A stretch of 64,000 bases of DNA from Zhongshania sp. (GTDB lineage: Bacteria; Pseudomonadota; Gammaproteobacteria; Pseudomonadales; Spongiibacteraceae), in the NCBI GenBank assembly GCA_046712405.1, contig JBKEFB010000001.1, positions 12,584 to 76,583 on the forward strand, written 5' to 3'. Every line of letters starts with the position of its first letter. The first letter of the stretch is position 1. The notes beneath the pieces were generated by a model. It did not search any database. It was not told the origin of the DNA and worked only from the letters and a program-made list of their open reading frames with translations. A program made the position numbers and the translations under genes. Positions 36,334 to 47,088 of the stretch are shown here, in pieces.

Positions 36334-38946
36334 TCAGCGAAGATTTAATACGTTAATGAATTCTGCAGGCTCCATGCGTTGCGCTGCGCCGGTGGGGCAG
36401 TATTGAACGCAAGCTGGCCCTGCTGGTCTGTCAACGCAAGCGTCGCACTTTACGGCTTTCTTACCTATTTCTTTTGCCGCATTACTGGGCGTGGCGTTTT
36501 TATCTTCGCCCGGCCCCGGGCCGGCACCGCTAAATAACCAGTTTAGAAATGGTGGCTTCTCTGGGAGCTGATAGCTCATTTTAATAACATTGTAGGGGCA
36601 ATTGGTTTCACAGTTCCCGCAGCCAATGCAGGTGTCATTGATATAGACTTCGCCACTGCTTTCGCGATGAATCGCGTTTGGCGGACACTCCTTCATGCAA
36701 TGGGGTTGTTCGCAGTGTCTACAGGCAATGGGAAGGTTAATATTGGCGAAGCGCACGCCGGCTTTTCGGTCTAGGCGGCTAATGCCTTTGTGGGTTTCGG
36801 CGCATGCTGTTTCGCAGTTGTCGCATCCGACGCAAAGATTTTCATCGATAAGTAAAACGCTGGTACCTTCGCCGGTTCCCTGCGCTAGTAGAAACGACAT
36901 TAGCGCGGCTTGTTCCGGAAGTGCGGCCATTTCTGCCGTAGACTTTAATTGCTTCGAGGTTTCAGTTTGTAATTTGGAGATGGACTCCGGTGATTTTTTA
37001 AGAAGTGCTAAAAAGGGTTGCCGGCTAATCTCTATGATTTCGGAGCGAACCGCCGCATAGGCGGACTCCCGACGAATGGCGTCGCCCATGAGTGCCATTT
37101 GCCCAAAGATTTGTCCTGAATGCAATTGTCCTATGGCGATTTCTTTGCTGTTTTCTAAACGGTTAAGAGCAACTGTGCCACTGCGAATTAAATAGAGATG
37201 TTCGCCGCCGTCGCTTTCTTTATAAATATATTTACCAGTATTAAAATTCGTGGTGGTAACGCTTTTTGCGATATCTCGGAGCTCCACATAGCTGCCCTGA
37301 GGAGTAAAGAATTGTTGCAGGGTGCGCTGTAAAAATACGGTTTCAATCCCTTTGGCAACTTCGTCGTTGGCCGCCATTAGTTTTGCCATTGTACGGCGCG
37401 GTGTCTCTATTAGGATTGTGTCGTTACTGGCGATGGCGTTGCCGATTCGAGGTCGACCAGAGAGTAGGCTCATTTCGCCGAAAAATTGACCTGCTCCAAG
37501 AGTGGTGTCGCCGCCCTCGGCCGAGCTGAGTGTGACCTGACCTTCGATGATAGTGAAGAAGGTATTACTGTAGTCATTATGGCGATAGATAAAGTCGCCG
37601 CTTTTGGCGACCTTGGTAATAACGGGCTGGCTGACAGCCCCGAGTTGCTTGATTGCTAGACCTGCGGATTTTCGGCGCTGGATGTCGGCGCTACGAGCTG
37701 ACTCGACATCGCTTAGGCGCTGTTGGCTCACCTCGATGCCTTGGCGCTGTAGATTGCTAAGCTGTTCGTCGTCAGCCACGCAGTAGCTAATATCACTTTC
37801 CATAATGAGCTCGCGAAATGCCAGTGCATTCATTCGCGAAAACATCGGTACCCGCTGCTGATACAGGGCCAGAATATCATCCACGTCAGCGACATAAGGT
37901 AGCAGTGCAAACTTCAGCGCGAGTAATGGGTGGTCTACCGGCTTAACAGGGTTGCCTTTAATATATTCAATAACATCAAAGCCCTGGTTCATGCCCTGTT
38001 TAATTAGGGGGTAGCCCGCCAGAGCGCCGATAATATACAGGCCTTTAATATTGGATTGATATTGGCCATCGAGTTCGGGAATGGCTTCCAGGTCATCGTT
38101 GGGAAGATTGATGCCACAACTTTCGATAAATTTCCGAGGTGGAATAGAGCCAAGCCGAGCGATAATGCGATGGCAGGGCAATGTTTCGTCGCCCCTTGCG
38201 GTATTGAGAACGACCGTGCCGGCGGCACCGGGCTCAGGAATACTGAGCGACTTCACCGAGGCGTCATAGCGGCAAGAGAAGGCCATATTTCTATCGTTGA
38301 TGGCTTCTAAAACACCATCTAAGTTGCCTTGTTTGGCGCGAGTAAATTCGCTTTTACGGTTAATAATAACGACTCGGTTGTGTTTGGCCAGCGCCAAGGC
38401 GTTTTCGATGGCGGCATCACCGGCACCGACCACAATAATATCTTCGTTGTGATAGTCATCCGGGTCATCGAGTTGGTATTGCACAAAGTGGGTATTGTCC
38501 CCGTCGATGCCTAAGCGCCGAGGATTGCCCTGCGTGCCAATAGCTAGGACAATATTATTCGCAGAAATAGTGCTGCCACTGGCGTAGCAAATTTTAAAAC
38601 TGTCACCTGATTTGGAAATTTGAATGACTTCACTGTCGGGACGAAAATTAATTCCCGTATCACTAATGCCTTGTTCCCATGAGTTGAGAATTTGCTCTCT
38701 TTTGCTTGCGGTAAATTCTAAGGGGCTGCGCAGGTCTAAGTAGCCGGGCTCGTCCATAACATGCTTACCTTTTTGGTAGCGTTGTATGGTATTTGCATGC
38801 AGCAGCGAGCCTTCAATGAGTATGTGCGTAGGCCGGTGATCGGCATTAGCTGCGCGTATGTCAAGATCATACTCAGCGGCCTTGGCTGCTGCACTAAGTC
38901 CGGCAGGGCCGGCGCCAATAATGGCGATATCAAAGTGTTCCATCAC
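36334..38946 (-). CDS. Multidomain FAD/NAD(P)H oxidoreductase + two cNMP-binding domains + 4x[4Fe-4S] ferredoxin domain
   Basis: GAGPAG, GAGDAA; FFGEMSLL..PR and IFGQMAL; CVGCDNCETAC, CRHCEQPHCMKECP, CIGCGNCETNCP, CDAC..PACVQYCP. Confidence 0.9.
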   Translation of the reverse strand: MMEHFDIAIIGAGPAGLSAAAKAAEYDLDIRAANADHRPTHILIEGSLLHANTIQRYQKGKHVMDEPGYLDLRSPLEFTASKREQILNSWEQGISDTGINFRPDSEVIQISKSGDSFKICYASGSTISANNIVLAIGTQGNPRRLGIDGDNTHFVQYQLDDPDDYHNEDIIVVGAGDAAIENALALAKHNRVVIINRKSEFTRAKQGNLDGVLEAINDRNMAFSCRYDASVKSLSIPEPGAAGTVVLNTARGDETLPCHRIIARLGSIPPRKFIESCGINLPNDDLEAIPELDGQYQSNIKGLYIIGALAGYPLIKQGMNQGFDVIEYIKGNPVKPVDHPLLALKFALLPYVADVDDILALYQQRVPMFSRMNALAFRELIMESDISYCVADDEQLSNLQRQGIEVSQQRLSDVESARSADIQRRKSAGLAIKQLGAVSQPVITKVAKSGDFIYRHNDYSNTFFTIIEGQVTLSSAEGGDTTLGAGQFFGEMSLLSGRPRIGNAIASNDTILIETPRRTMAKLMAANDEVAKGIETVFLQRTLQQFFTPQGSYVELRDIAKSVTTTNFNTGKYIYKESDGGEHLYLIRSGTVALNRLENSKEIAIGQLHSGQIFGQMALMGDAIRRESAYAAVRSEIIEISRQPFLALLKKSPESISKLQTETSKQLKSTAEMAALPEQAALMSFLLAQGTGEGTSVLLIDENLCVGCDNCETACAETHKGISRLDRKAGVRFANINLPIACRHCEQPHCMKECPPNAIHRESSGEVYINDTCIGCGNCETNCPYNVIKMSYQLPEKPPFLNWLFSGAGPGPGEDKNATPSNAAKEIGKKAVKCDACVDRPAGPACVQYCPTGAAQRMEPAEFINVLNLR

Positions 38947-39361
38947 GTTTGCTGCAGCATTTTTATTACCTTCTACGCTTACTATGCAGAGTACAGGCCA
39001 TGCTTATGGGATCTTTTTATTTTTTTATCTAGAAGTAGGCGAATCGAACCGTTTTGAATTAAATCGCTAAATGTATTGATAGCTTACCGTTCTTGTTGCC
39101 AGTGTGCCATGGCTTGTTGCCTGCTATATTATGAATGCAGCTTAGCGGAATCCTGCGGAGTAGTTATATTATTTAAGATATTAGTAAGTTGCGCTGTTTC
39201 TAGCAAGCTTAGTCTTAGCGAAATAAAATACATACTAGCAATAAAGTGCGCGGCGGTTTGCGTGTGGTTGATTTAATTCCTGAGGTTATTACTAGCAGCA
39301 TCGCTCAGGGTATTGCAAGGTGCACACGATATCGTACTCTGGCGATAGCCATATCCAGCAA

Positions 39362-39988
39362 TCAAACAGCGGTTGGATAACCGAAATGCTTAATTACACA
39401 CATAACTAGTGGTTTGGCCCACACGGGTGTGGCTGCACCAAGAAACGTTCTGAACTTGCCTTTAGCTACCCATACCACCGTTTTAGGTGATGGTGTGCCG
39501 CTGGCATCAAGTGGTGCTGAATTATCGATTATTCTTAATTCAGTGCAGTACGGGATTAAGCTGATCATATTAACCAGGGACGAGATATAGCGCTCTCTAA
39601 TCTTAACTTCCGGTATGTCATGACCACCTTTGGCAACACGGGCCTGTACCCTTTTAATATGGAGCTCGGGCGAGCTAAGTCCGGTAAAATAGATAACAAT
39701 CTCGATTCCATTTGCCGCTGCTCGCCTTAGAGCAGCTGGAATTGACGTGGCGCCCAAAGTAGACTCGAACGCGAAAGAGATATTGTGATTAATCGCTTCA
39801 TTAAGCGCGTCATAACCCCGCTTCCAAGCTTGACCGTTTGATTCATCAAGGGTCATCTTGGGGTCTTTTTTCATCAGGTCTCGAGCGTATTCATCGGGAT
39901 TGAAATACTCATATCCTTTATGTCGCCATGCGGCACCCTGAATAGAGCTTTTTCCAGCTCCATTAACGCCAGCAATAACAACGATCAA
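39362..39988 (-). CDS. Zeta-toxin-like P-loop kinase/ATPase (putative TA toxin)
   Basis: Walker A GVNGAGKS, NPDE, FESTL, RVAKGGHDIP; TTG start overlapping the antitoxin stop. Confidence 0.8.
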   Translation of the reverse strand: MIVVIAGVNGAGKSSIQGAAWRHKGYEYFNPDEYARDLMKKDPKMTLDESNGQAWKRGYDALNEAINHNISFAFESTLGATSIPAALRRAAANGIEIVIYFTGLSSPELHIKRVQARVAKGGHDIPEVKIRERYISSLVNMISLIPYCTELRIIDNSAPLDASGTPSPKTVVWVAKGKFRTFLGAATPVWAKPLVMCVIKHFGYPTAV

Positions 39989-40446
39989 CCCATTTGCTCC
40001 GTCGATCCAGGTCTGAAAGAATTAGCTAAATCTGCGTCAGACATACCGGACATGGCATTAACACCTGCAGCGGTATCCTGGGTAGCTATGCGGGCAAACA
40101 AGGTGTCGAAATCGTCCACCCCCGCCTGCAGCTGCTGTTGAGCGCTTACTGCTAAAAGCTCCTGCGATGATTGAAGCATGTCCATGACATTACGGTACCT
40201 TTCAGGAGATAGCATCACGCCAGCTTCCTTGCCATAACGAGTGATTATGACAGCATGCTGAGAGCTTAACGCTTTCTCAATCTCAAGCATGTTCCGAATT
40301 GATTTTGCTTGCATGAGAATAAGCGTACCTGAGTTGAGGTACTTATTGATTTGACCGCGTAGCCCTGCTAATCGGGTTGTAAGATCGGGCACAGGCACAC
40401 CTGTTGAGGTAACTTGGCCTTCGATTTTGCTGCTCAAAAGATTCAT
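39985..40446 (-). CDS. Phd/YefM-like antitoxin
   Basis: AVIITRYGKEAGVMLSPERY matches the Phd DNA-binding pattern; directly upstream of the toxin-like gene. Confidence 0.7.
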   Translation of the reverse strand: MNLLSSKIEGQVTSTGVPVPDLTTRLAGLRGQINKYLNSGTLILMQAKSIRNMLEIEKALSSQHAVIITRYGKEAGVMLSPERYRNVMDMLQSSQELLAVSAQQQLQAGVDDFDTLFARIATQDTAAGVNAMSGMSDADLANSFRPGSTEQMG

Positions 40447-40783
40447 GGCTAAACCCTCCAGTTATGCCCTATTTTACCTATCTATCCAATAATAAGCAAA
40501 AAGGGCAAGATAGCTTACCCCACCGCCCCCGGCACCGGCACCGCAAGATCCTGATCGTGTGCTCGACATCGGTAATGGTTATGCTGGGTAGGAGATGCCC
40601 GCTGCAGCAACTTGTTGCTTCTTGGGCGCCGTTGCAGAAGTACTTGAGGGTGCGGCCATATTAAGTCTACCGGGTATGAGCTACATGGCCATGGCCCTGT
40701 TGCGCGGATCGTTACTTAATAGGAGGTGCCGTGGCAGGGGGTGGCCGGTACAGATATACCGGCCGAGTCCAAATTCCGTGGAC

Positions 40784-42379
40784 CTACCTACTCAGTGACT
40801 CTCGATGAGATAGGAACTCATCGTAGTTACCTTGGAAATCAACCAGTTCCTGATCTTTTATTTCGACAATACGGGTGGCTAATGACGACACAAACTCGCG
40901 GTCATGGCTAGCGAATATTAGGGTGCCGTCGTAATGCTCTAATGCCAGGTTTAAGGCCTCGATTGCTTCCATATCCAAGTGGTTGGTAGGCTCATCCATG
41001 ATCAAGACATTGGTGTCTTGCATCATTAGCTTGCCGAATAGTAAGCGGTTCTTTTCACCACCGGAACATACGGTAGCGCGCTTATTAAAGTCGTCAGATG
41101 AAAATAGCAGGCGGCCTAGGGTGGCGCGTACTATTTGATCGTCATGCTCGGGCTTGCGCCACTGGCTCATCCAGTCGAATAGGTTTAGGTCGTTGGCGAA
41201 ATCGCCAGTACTATCCTGCGCGCAATAGCCCAAGCTGGCATTCTCTGCCCACTTCACAACCCCTTCCTCGGCACTTAGTTCTTTCATCAGGCAACGTAAA
41301 AAGCTGGTCTTGCCCGCGCCGTTCTCGCCTAATACTGCTAAGCGGGTGCCGGCGTCTATAATCATGCTGCCCTTTTTAAACAACACCTCGTCAAAGCTGT
41401 GGCCAAGATTTTCCAGAATAACGGCTTGGCGGTGAAGCTTTTTGTCTTGCTTAAAGCGAATATACGGTGACTGGCGGCTGGATGCCTTAATCTCATCCAG
41501 CTGAATTTTATCAATCTTTTTGGCTCGCGAGGTGGCCTGCTTGGCTTTAGATGCGTTGGCAGAAAAGCGACTGACGAAGGCTTGTAAATCAGCAATTTGT
41601 GCGGTTTTCTTGGCATTCTGTGACTGCATGCGCTCGCGAGCTGCCGTCGCGGCCATCATAAAGTTGTCGTAGTTACCGGGGTAAACGCGCAGCTCACCGT
41701 AGTCGATGTCGGCCATGTGAGTACAGACTTCGTTTAAGAAGTGACGATCATGAGAAATGATGACCATCGTACTCTTGCGGTCATTGAGTACACCCTCTAA
41801 CCAGTGAATGGTGTTGATGTCCAAGTTGTTAGTTGGCTCGTCGAGCAGCAAAATATCTGGATCAGAAAACAAAGCTTGAGCCAGTAATACCCGTAATTTC
41901 CAACCCGGTGCCACTTCGCTCATTGGGCCGGAGTGCAGCGCCAGTTCAATGCCCGCTCCTAATAAGATCTCGCCCGCGCGGCTCTCGGCGCTATAGCCGT
42001 CCAATTCCATAAACTGGGTTTCCAGATCTGCAACCTTCATGCCGTCTTCTTCAGACATCTCTGGCAGGGAATAAATACGCTCGCGCTCCTGCTTTAGCTC
42101 CCATAGTTCAGTGTGACCCATGATCACTGTGTCGATCACGGAGTATTTTTCAAAGGCGAACTGATCTTGGTGCAACTTTCCGACCCGCACATTGGGATCG
42201 ATAGACACATTGCCGGAACTGGGTTTTAGACTGCCATCCATAATTTTCATGAAGGTGGTTTTGCCGCTGCCGTTTGCGCCGATAAGGCCGTAGCGATTAC
42301 CTCCCCCAAATTTGACAGAGATGTTTTCAAAAAGCGGCTTGGCACCAAACTGCATGGTGATATTTGCGGCGGAAATCAA
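40784..42379 (-). CDS. ybiT: ABC-F family ATPase
   Basis: [41 protein letters not shown]; two ABC domains with DEPTN; no TM helices. Confidence 0.92.
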   Translation of the reverse strand: MISAANITMQFGAKPLFENISVKFGGGNRYGLIGANGSGKTTFMKIMDGSLKPSSGNVSIDPNVRVGKLHQDQFAFEKYSVIDTVIMGHTELWELKQERERIYSLPEMSEEDGMKVADLETQFMELDGYSAESRAGEILLGAGIELALHSGPMSEVAPGWKLRVLLAQALFSDPDILLLDEPTNNLDINTIHWLEGVLNDRKSTMVIISHDRHFLNEVCTHMADIDYGELRVYPGNYDNFMMAATAARERMQSQNAKKTAQIADLQAFVSRFSANASKAKQATSRAKKIDKIQLDEIKASSRQSPYIRFKQDKKLHRQAVILENLGHSFDEVLFKKGSMIIDAGTRLAVLGENGAGKTSFLRCLMKELSAEEGVVKWAENASLGYCAQDSTGDFANDLNLFDWMSQWRKPEHDDQIVRATLGRLLFSSDDFNKRATVCSGGEKNRLLFGKLMMQDTNVLIMDEPTNHLDMEAIEALNLALEHYDGTLIFASHDREFVSSLATRIVEIKDQELVDFQGNYDEFLSHRESLSR

Positions 42380-43333
42380 TGTTGTATACCCAATGAGTGA
42401 TAAAATGGAAATAGCGAAATGTGGACTACTTGCGGGGCGCGTATTATACGGGTTTATTGCCCTCAGGTCGATGGCTGGCGGGGATTTGGGGAATTATACC
42501 TATTTGAGGATCCTGCCCGCCGCCGCACCTAATTAATGCGTTGCCGATGTATTGTTGCTGGGTAAAACGATAGTCTTTCTGCGTGAGTGGATGTAACGGT
42601 TGCCTGTTCAGGATGAAATACTTGATTCGACTTAGGCTCGGTGCCGCTGCTCAGGGATAACTAGAGCATATAGCGTAGTGACTTCTTAATATGTTCATCC
42701 CAATGTTACCAAGGAGAATATTACTTTTTGTTGCTATTGGCATTCATTTGGTCGGTGTGGTGACGATGATTGCCGGTGATGGTTAGTGACATTAGGTCTT
42801 TAAAAGACCGCAGCCAACTGTGGTTTGATCACTGCGAGCATGTATCTGTAATCCAAATTACTTGGGGGCTAATGTTGTATTCGGCCTATATATTATTGGT
42901 CAAACATTAGTTTGCCTGAATGATTTGTGGCTATATGACGCTCTACTTTTTGGCGCGTATAAAAGCTAAGACTAAGGTGATGTTGCTTCATTTTAATTGG
43001 CAAGTGTATACCGGGTAATCTAGCTTGGTGATGCGATGAGCGTTTATTAATGGTTGCGCTTTGATTGATCGAATTAGTAAAAACAACGCAGATTTAAATC
43101 TGAAGTGCACTATTTGATTAGTTGTAAGAGGAGGCTAGCTGCAGTTTGTCGCCCGGTTTTTCTTTGGCGGGAGATGAGGCGATAATGGCAATTTGTTAGT
43201 AAAAACCATTAAGCCGTCTGGTTAAGCTGCTTTCTCTAATTCGTTTATTCGTATAAACCTTAAGGGTCACACGGTCGGATGGCTTGGGTATAATAGTGCG
43301 ATTTTCTATCGCAACTATAATGAGCTGTTTCCC

Positions 43334-43588
43334 ATGACCGAGCATACTGAAAAGAAATTGTCGCCCCTTTGTCGCACAATGGAGCAGGACGGAAAGATAA
43401 TCCGAGTTGAAATCTATCAAGATCTTGCCGGTGGGTGGTTGCTCGAAGTTTTTGATGCGTTTAATAACTCTACGGCTTGGGAAGACGCTTTTGAGTCGGA
43501 TCAAGACGCTTTGTTTGAAATAGAAGCGACCCTGCGCGAAGAGGGTATAGACTGTTTAATTGGCCCCGTTGATGGTGGTTTAACGTGA
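43334..43588 (+). CDS. Small acidic hypothetical protein
   Basis: 84 aa, GTGA overlap with the next gene, protein-like composition (WLLEVFD..NSTAWEDAFESDQDA). Confidence 0.7.
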   Translation: MTEHTEKKLSPLCRTMEQDGKIIRVEIYQDLAGGWLLEVFDAFNNSTAWEDAFESDQDALFEIEATLREEGIDCLIGPVDGGLT

Positions 43589-44346
43589 AAGTCGTGCCTA
43601 ACAATAGCAATAGTCCAGTCGCTTTAGTAACCGGCGCTGCACAGCGTTTGGGCGCGGAGATTTGCCGCAGTCTGCATGCCCGCGGTTACCGTATTATTAT
43701 TCACTACCGCTATTCTGTAGAGCCAGCCGAAGGCTTGCGCGATGAGCTGAACGCGCAGCGTCCAGACTCGGCAGTCATTTTTTCGGCTAATATGAATTCT
43801 TTGCCAGAAGTGCGGGCCTTGGCTGATGCTGTCCTCTTGCAGTGGCAGCGTGTGGATGTGCTCGTTAATAACGCGTCGGGTTTTTATCCTACAGCTATTG
43901 AAAGCGCGACCGAGAGTGACTGGGACGAGCTGTTCAGCAGTAATCTTAAGGGCCCGTTTTTTCTTTCGCAGGCCTTGGCGCCGGCGTTGAGAAAGACCAG
44001 CGGTTGTATTGTTAATCTGATCGATATTTATGCCCAAAAGCCGCTGCGTGGCTTTCCTGTTTATTCTATGGCGAAGGCCGGTATGTCGATGATGACACAG
44101 TCCTTGGCGCTCGAGTTGGCGCCTGAGGTGCGCGTTAATGGGGTGTCGCCGGGTGCTATTTTGTGGCCGGAGCAAGAGACCGAGTACAGCAAGCAAGAGC
44201 GACAGAATATTAATCACCGAGTGCCCTTGCAGCGTCAGGGTGAAGCGGGTGATATTGCCCAGACAGTAGCTTTTTTAGTTGCTGATGCACCTTATATTAG
44301 CGGCCAGATTATTGCCGTCGACGGTGGTCGTTCGGTCGCTACGTAA
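43585..44346 (+). CDS. folM: Pteridine reductase / dihydromonapterin reductase (SDR)
   Basis: TGAAQRLG, NNASGF, NLIDI, YSMAK, VSPGAILWP, VDGGR. Confidence 0.8.
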   Translation: MKVVPNNSNSPVALVTGAAQRLGAEICRSLHARGYRIIIHYRYSVEPAEGLRDELNAQRPDSAVIFSANMNSLPEVRALADAVLLQWQRVDVLVNNASGFYPTAIESATESDWDELFSSNLKGPFFLSQALAPALRKTSGCIVNLIDIYAQKPLRGFPVYSMAKAGMSMMTQSLALELAPEVRVNGVSPGAILWPEQETEYSKQERQNINHRVPLQRQGEAGDIAQTVAFLVADAPYISGQIIAVDGGRSVAT

Positions 44347-44460
44347 GTGATTTTGGGAGTGTATTTTACGAGCTAATATTATTTAAAAAAGCGAATGTTA
44401 GCTATAGTGAAAATAGTTAGTCTTTACTTCCACATAGTTAGTATCAGGCTTTCTAACTTG

Positions 44461-44498
44461 CTGCATAAATCCCAGCTTGCTTGTCGAGATTTATGCAG
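44461..44498. terminator. Hairpin between convergent folM and acs
   Basis: ctgcataaatc ... gatttatgcag inverted repeat. Confidence 0.55.
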
Positions 44499-44506
44499 CG
44501 TGGCGC

Positions 44507-46444
44507 TTAACGGTTTAGGCGGTGTTCGATGAGATCATCGACTACACCGGGGTCGGCTAAGGTCGAGGTGTCTCCCAGCGTCTCTAACTCATTGGCTGCG
44601 ATTTTGCGTAAAATACGCCGCATAATTTTGCCCGAGCGCGTCTTAGGCAATCCGGGCGACCACTGAATTAAGTCTGGTTTGGCGATGGGGCCAATTTCTT
44701 GCACGCAGAGTGTGATCAGCTCGCGGATGAGTTGCTCGCTTCCGCTGACGTCGTGCATCAGGGTGACGTAGGCATAAATGCCCTGACCTTTTAGGTCGTG
44801 GGGGTAGCCAACAACGGCGGCTTCGGCGACGGCTTCATGCTGCACCAGCGCGCTTTCTATTTCTGCGGTACCCATGCGGTGGCCGGATATATTGAGCACA
44901 TCGTCTACACGACCAGTAATCCAGTAGTCACCATCGGCATCGCGACGGGCGCCATCACCGGTAAAATAATAGCCTGGGTGGCTGCTGAAATAGGTTTCTA
45001 TAAGCCGTGGGTGGTCGCCGTATATGCTGCGGATCTGGCCTGGCCATGAGCGCTTAATCACCAGTAGACCTTCACCGGCGCCGGCTATTTCATTGCCCTC
45101 GGTATCCAGTAAGGCAGGCTCAACGCCAAAGAACGGACGGGTTGCCGAGCCGGGTTTCATGGCGATAGCGCCAGGGAGTGGGGTGAGCATATGCGCGCCA
45201 GTTTCGGTTTGCCACCAGGTGTCGACGATGGGGCAGCGCTTCTCGCCTACTACGCGGTGGTACCATTCCCAGGCCTCTGGGTTGATGGGTTCGCCAACCG
45301 TGCCGAGTAAGCGTAAGCTGCTGCGATCGGTTTTGCTAACGTAGTCGTCGCCGGCGCCCATTAGTGCGCGCAATGCGGTTGGGGCGGTGTAGAAAATATT
45401 CACCTTGTGTTTATCAATGACTTCCCAGCAGCGCGACGCGTCGGGGTAGGTTGGTACACCCTCAAATAATAGCGTTGTAGCACCATTGGCTAGCGGACCA
45501 TAAACAATATAACTGTGACCAGTAATCCAGCCGACATCGGCGGTACACCAGAAAACTTCACCATCTTTATAGTCAAAGACATATTTGTGGCTCATTGCTG
45601 ATTGCAGCAGGTAGCCAGCAGTGGTATGCAATACGCCTTTGGGTTTACCGGTGGAGCCAGACGTGTAGAGGATGAAAAGGGGCGCCTCGCTTTCGACGGC
45701 TATCGCAGGACAATGCGCCGAGGCGTTGGTGACAGCGTCGTGATACCAGATGTCGCGATCATCTTGCCAATTTATATCGCCGCCAGTACGTTTAACTACT
45801 AAGCAGGACTCTATGCTCGGACAGTCGCTAAGAGCCCGGTCTGCATTGGCTTTGAGGGGAATCTTTTTGCCGCTGCGTAAACCTTCGTCAGCCGTGATTA
45901 GCATTTTGCAATCGGCATTTTGGATGCGGTCTTTGAGTGCTTCTGGTGAGAAACCACCAAATACCACCGAGTGAACTGCACCAATACGGGCACAAGCTAG
46001 CATCGCATATGCCGCTTCGGGAATCATCGGCATATAAATACAGACGCGATCACCCTTGGTCACGCCTTGGGCGAGCATCACATTGGCCAATTTACAGACC
46101 GCAGTATGAAGCTCGCGGTAGGTGATATGAAGAGATTCGCCGGGGTTGTCGCCCTCCCAAATAATAGCGGTTTGCTCGCCACGGGTGTCAAGATGTCGAT
46201 CTATGCAGTTGTAGGCGACGTTGAGTTTGCCGCCCTCAAACCAGCTGGCTTCGCCTTTTGAAAAGTCATAGCTGTTAACTGTGTGCCAGCGTTTATACCA
46301 GCTTAAAAAGATGTCGGCTTGCTCTGCCCAGAAATTATCGGCGTCATTGAGTGATTGATGGTACATCTCATCGTATTGCGTTTTATTGATGTGCGCACTT
46401 ACCGCGAAACTGGGGGGTACGGGATGTACGTTCGGCTTGCTCAT
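44507..46444 (-). CDS. acs: Acetyl-CoA synthetase
   Basis: [32 protein letters not shown]. Confidence 0.97.
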   Translation of the reverse strand: MSKPNVHPVPPSFAVSAHINKTQYDEMYHQSLNDADNFWAEQADIFLSWYKRWHTVNSYDFSKGEASWFEGGKLNVAYNCIDRHLDTRGEQTAIIWEGDNPGESLHITYRELHTAVCKLANVMLAQGVTKGDRVCIYMPMIPEAAYAMLACARIGAVHSVVFGGFSPEALKDRIQNADCKMLITADEGLRSGKKIPLKANADRALSDCPSIESCLVVKRTGGDINWQDDRDIWYHDAVTNASAHCPAIAVESEAPLFILYTSGSTGKPKGVLHTTAGYLLQSAMSHKYVFDYKDGEVFWCTADVGWITGHSYIVYGPLANGATTLLFEGVPTYPDASRCWEVIDKHKVNIFYTAPTALRALMGAGDDYVSKTDRSSLRLLGTVGEPINPEAWEWYHRVVGEKRCPIVDTWWQTETGAHMLTPLPGAIAMKPGSATRPFFGVEPALLDTEGNEIAGAGEGLLVIKRSWPGQIRSIYGDHPRLIETYFSSHPGYYFTGDGARRDADGDYWITGRVDDVLNISGHRMGTAEIESALVQHEAVAEAAVVGYPHDLKGQGIYAYVTLMHDVSGSEQLIRELITLCVQEIGPIAKPDLIQWSPGLPKTRSGKIMRRILRKIAANELETLGDTSTLADPGVVDDLIEHRLNR

Positions 46445-46645
46445 GGCATTATTCTCGTTGTTATGATTTTTTTATCTGCATTAATGCAGCCGCGACCAGA
46501 GGGGGCGGTAGTCTTTGGAGGCAGGATAGCGGCTTGGCGGTGAGGATTGAACCCCAAGTTAGATAAATTTAAGTTGACCTAAACGAATAGTGTAAGCAGG
46601 GACAAGGCTGCAAGCAATGATGGTTTCATATTGGGGCGGGGGGGA

Positions 46646-46671
46646 ATGGCAGAGGTGAGCGCCTCTGCCAT
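46646..46671 (-). terminator. Hairpin directly after panD
   Basis: atggcagagg-tgagcg-cctctgccat. Confidence 0.55.
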
Positions 46672-46675
46672 AGAA

Positions 46676-47056
46676 TCAGGCGACCTGAACAGGAATAGCG
46701 TTACTGGCATGGCTGACGGTATTGTCAGCATTCATATAAATAAGACGCGGCTTAAAGTTGATTAGCTCGGCTTCAGAATATGTTGCGTAAGAGCAGATAA
46801 TTATGACGTCATCTACGTTGGCCTTGTGCGCGGCAGCACCGTTTATAGAAATGATGCCACTATTTTCTTCGCCACGAATTGCATAGGTGGTGAAGCGTTC
46901 GCCATTGGTGACGTTGTAAATTTGAATTTGCTCAAATTCACGGATACTCGACATATCGAGTAACTTTCCGTCAATGGCGCAAGAACCTTCGTAATCAAGC
47001 ACTGCATGAGTTACTCGGGCTTTGTGAAGTTTAGCTTTCAGCATAACTGACTGCAT
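46676..47056 (-). CDS. panD: Aspartate 1-decarboxylase
   Basis: KAKLH, YEGS self-cleavage site, [14 protein letters not shown]. Confidence 0.97.
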   Translation of the reverse strand: MQSVMLKAKLHKARVTHAVLDYEGSCAIDGKLLDMSSIREFEQIQIYNVTNGERFTTYAIRGEENSGIISINGAAAHKANVDDVIIICSYATYSEAELINFKPRLIYMNADNTVSHASNAIPVQVA

Positions 47057-47088
47057 AACGCTGTTCCTTTCTCGCGGTCTCTGTTGGC

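Noticed and set aside
39100-39126. sigma54 promoter for the cytochrome operon
   Set aside because: Minus-strand TGGCAC lacks a correctly spaced GC; the GG-N10-GC match is on the plus strand, pointing away from the operon.
43196-43504. 102-aa minus-strand ORF and similar antisense ORFs throughout the track
   Set aside because: They overlap better-supported genes on the opposite strand and show no recognisable motifs.
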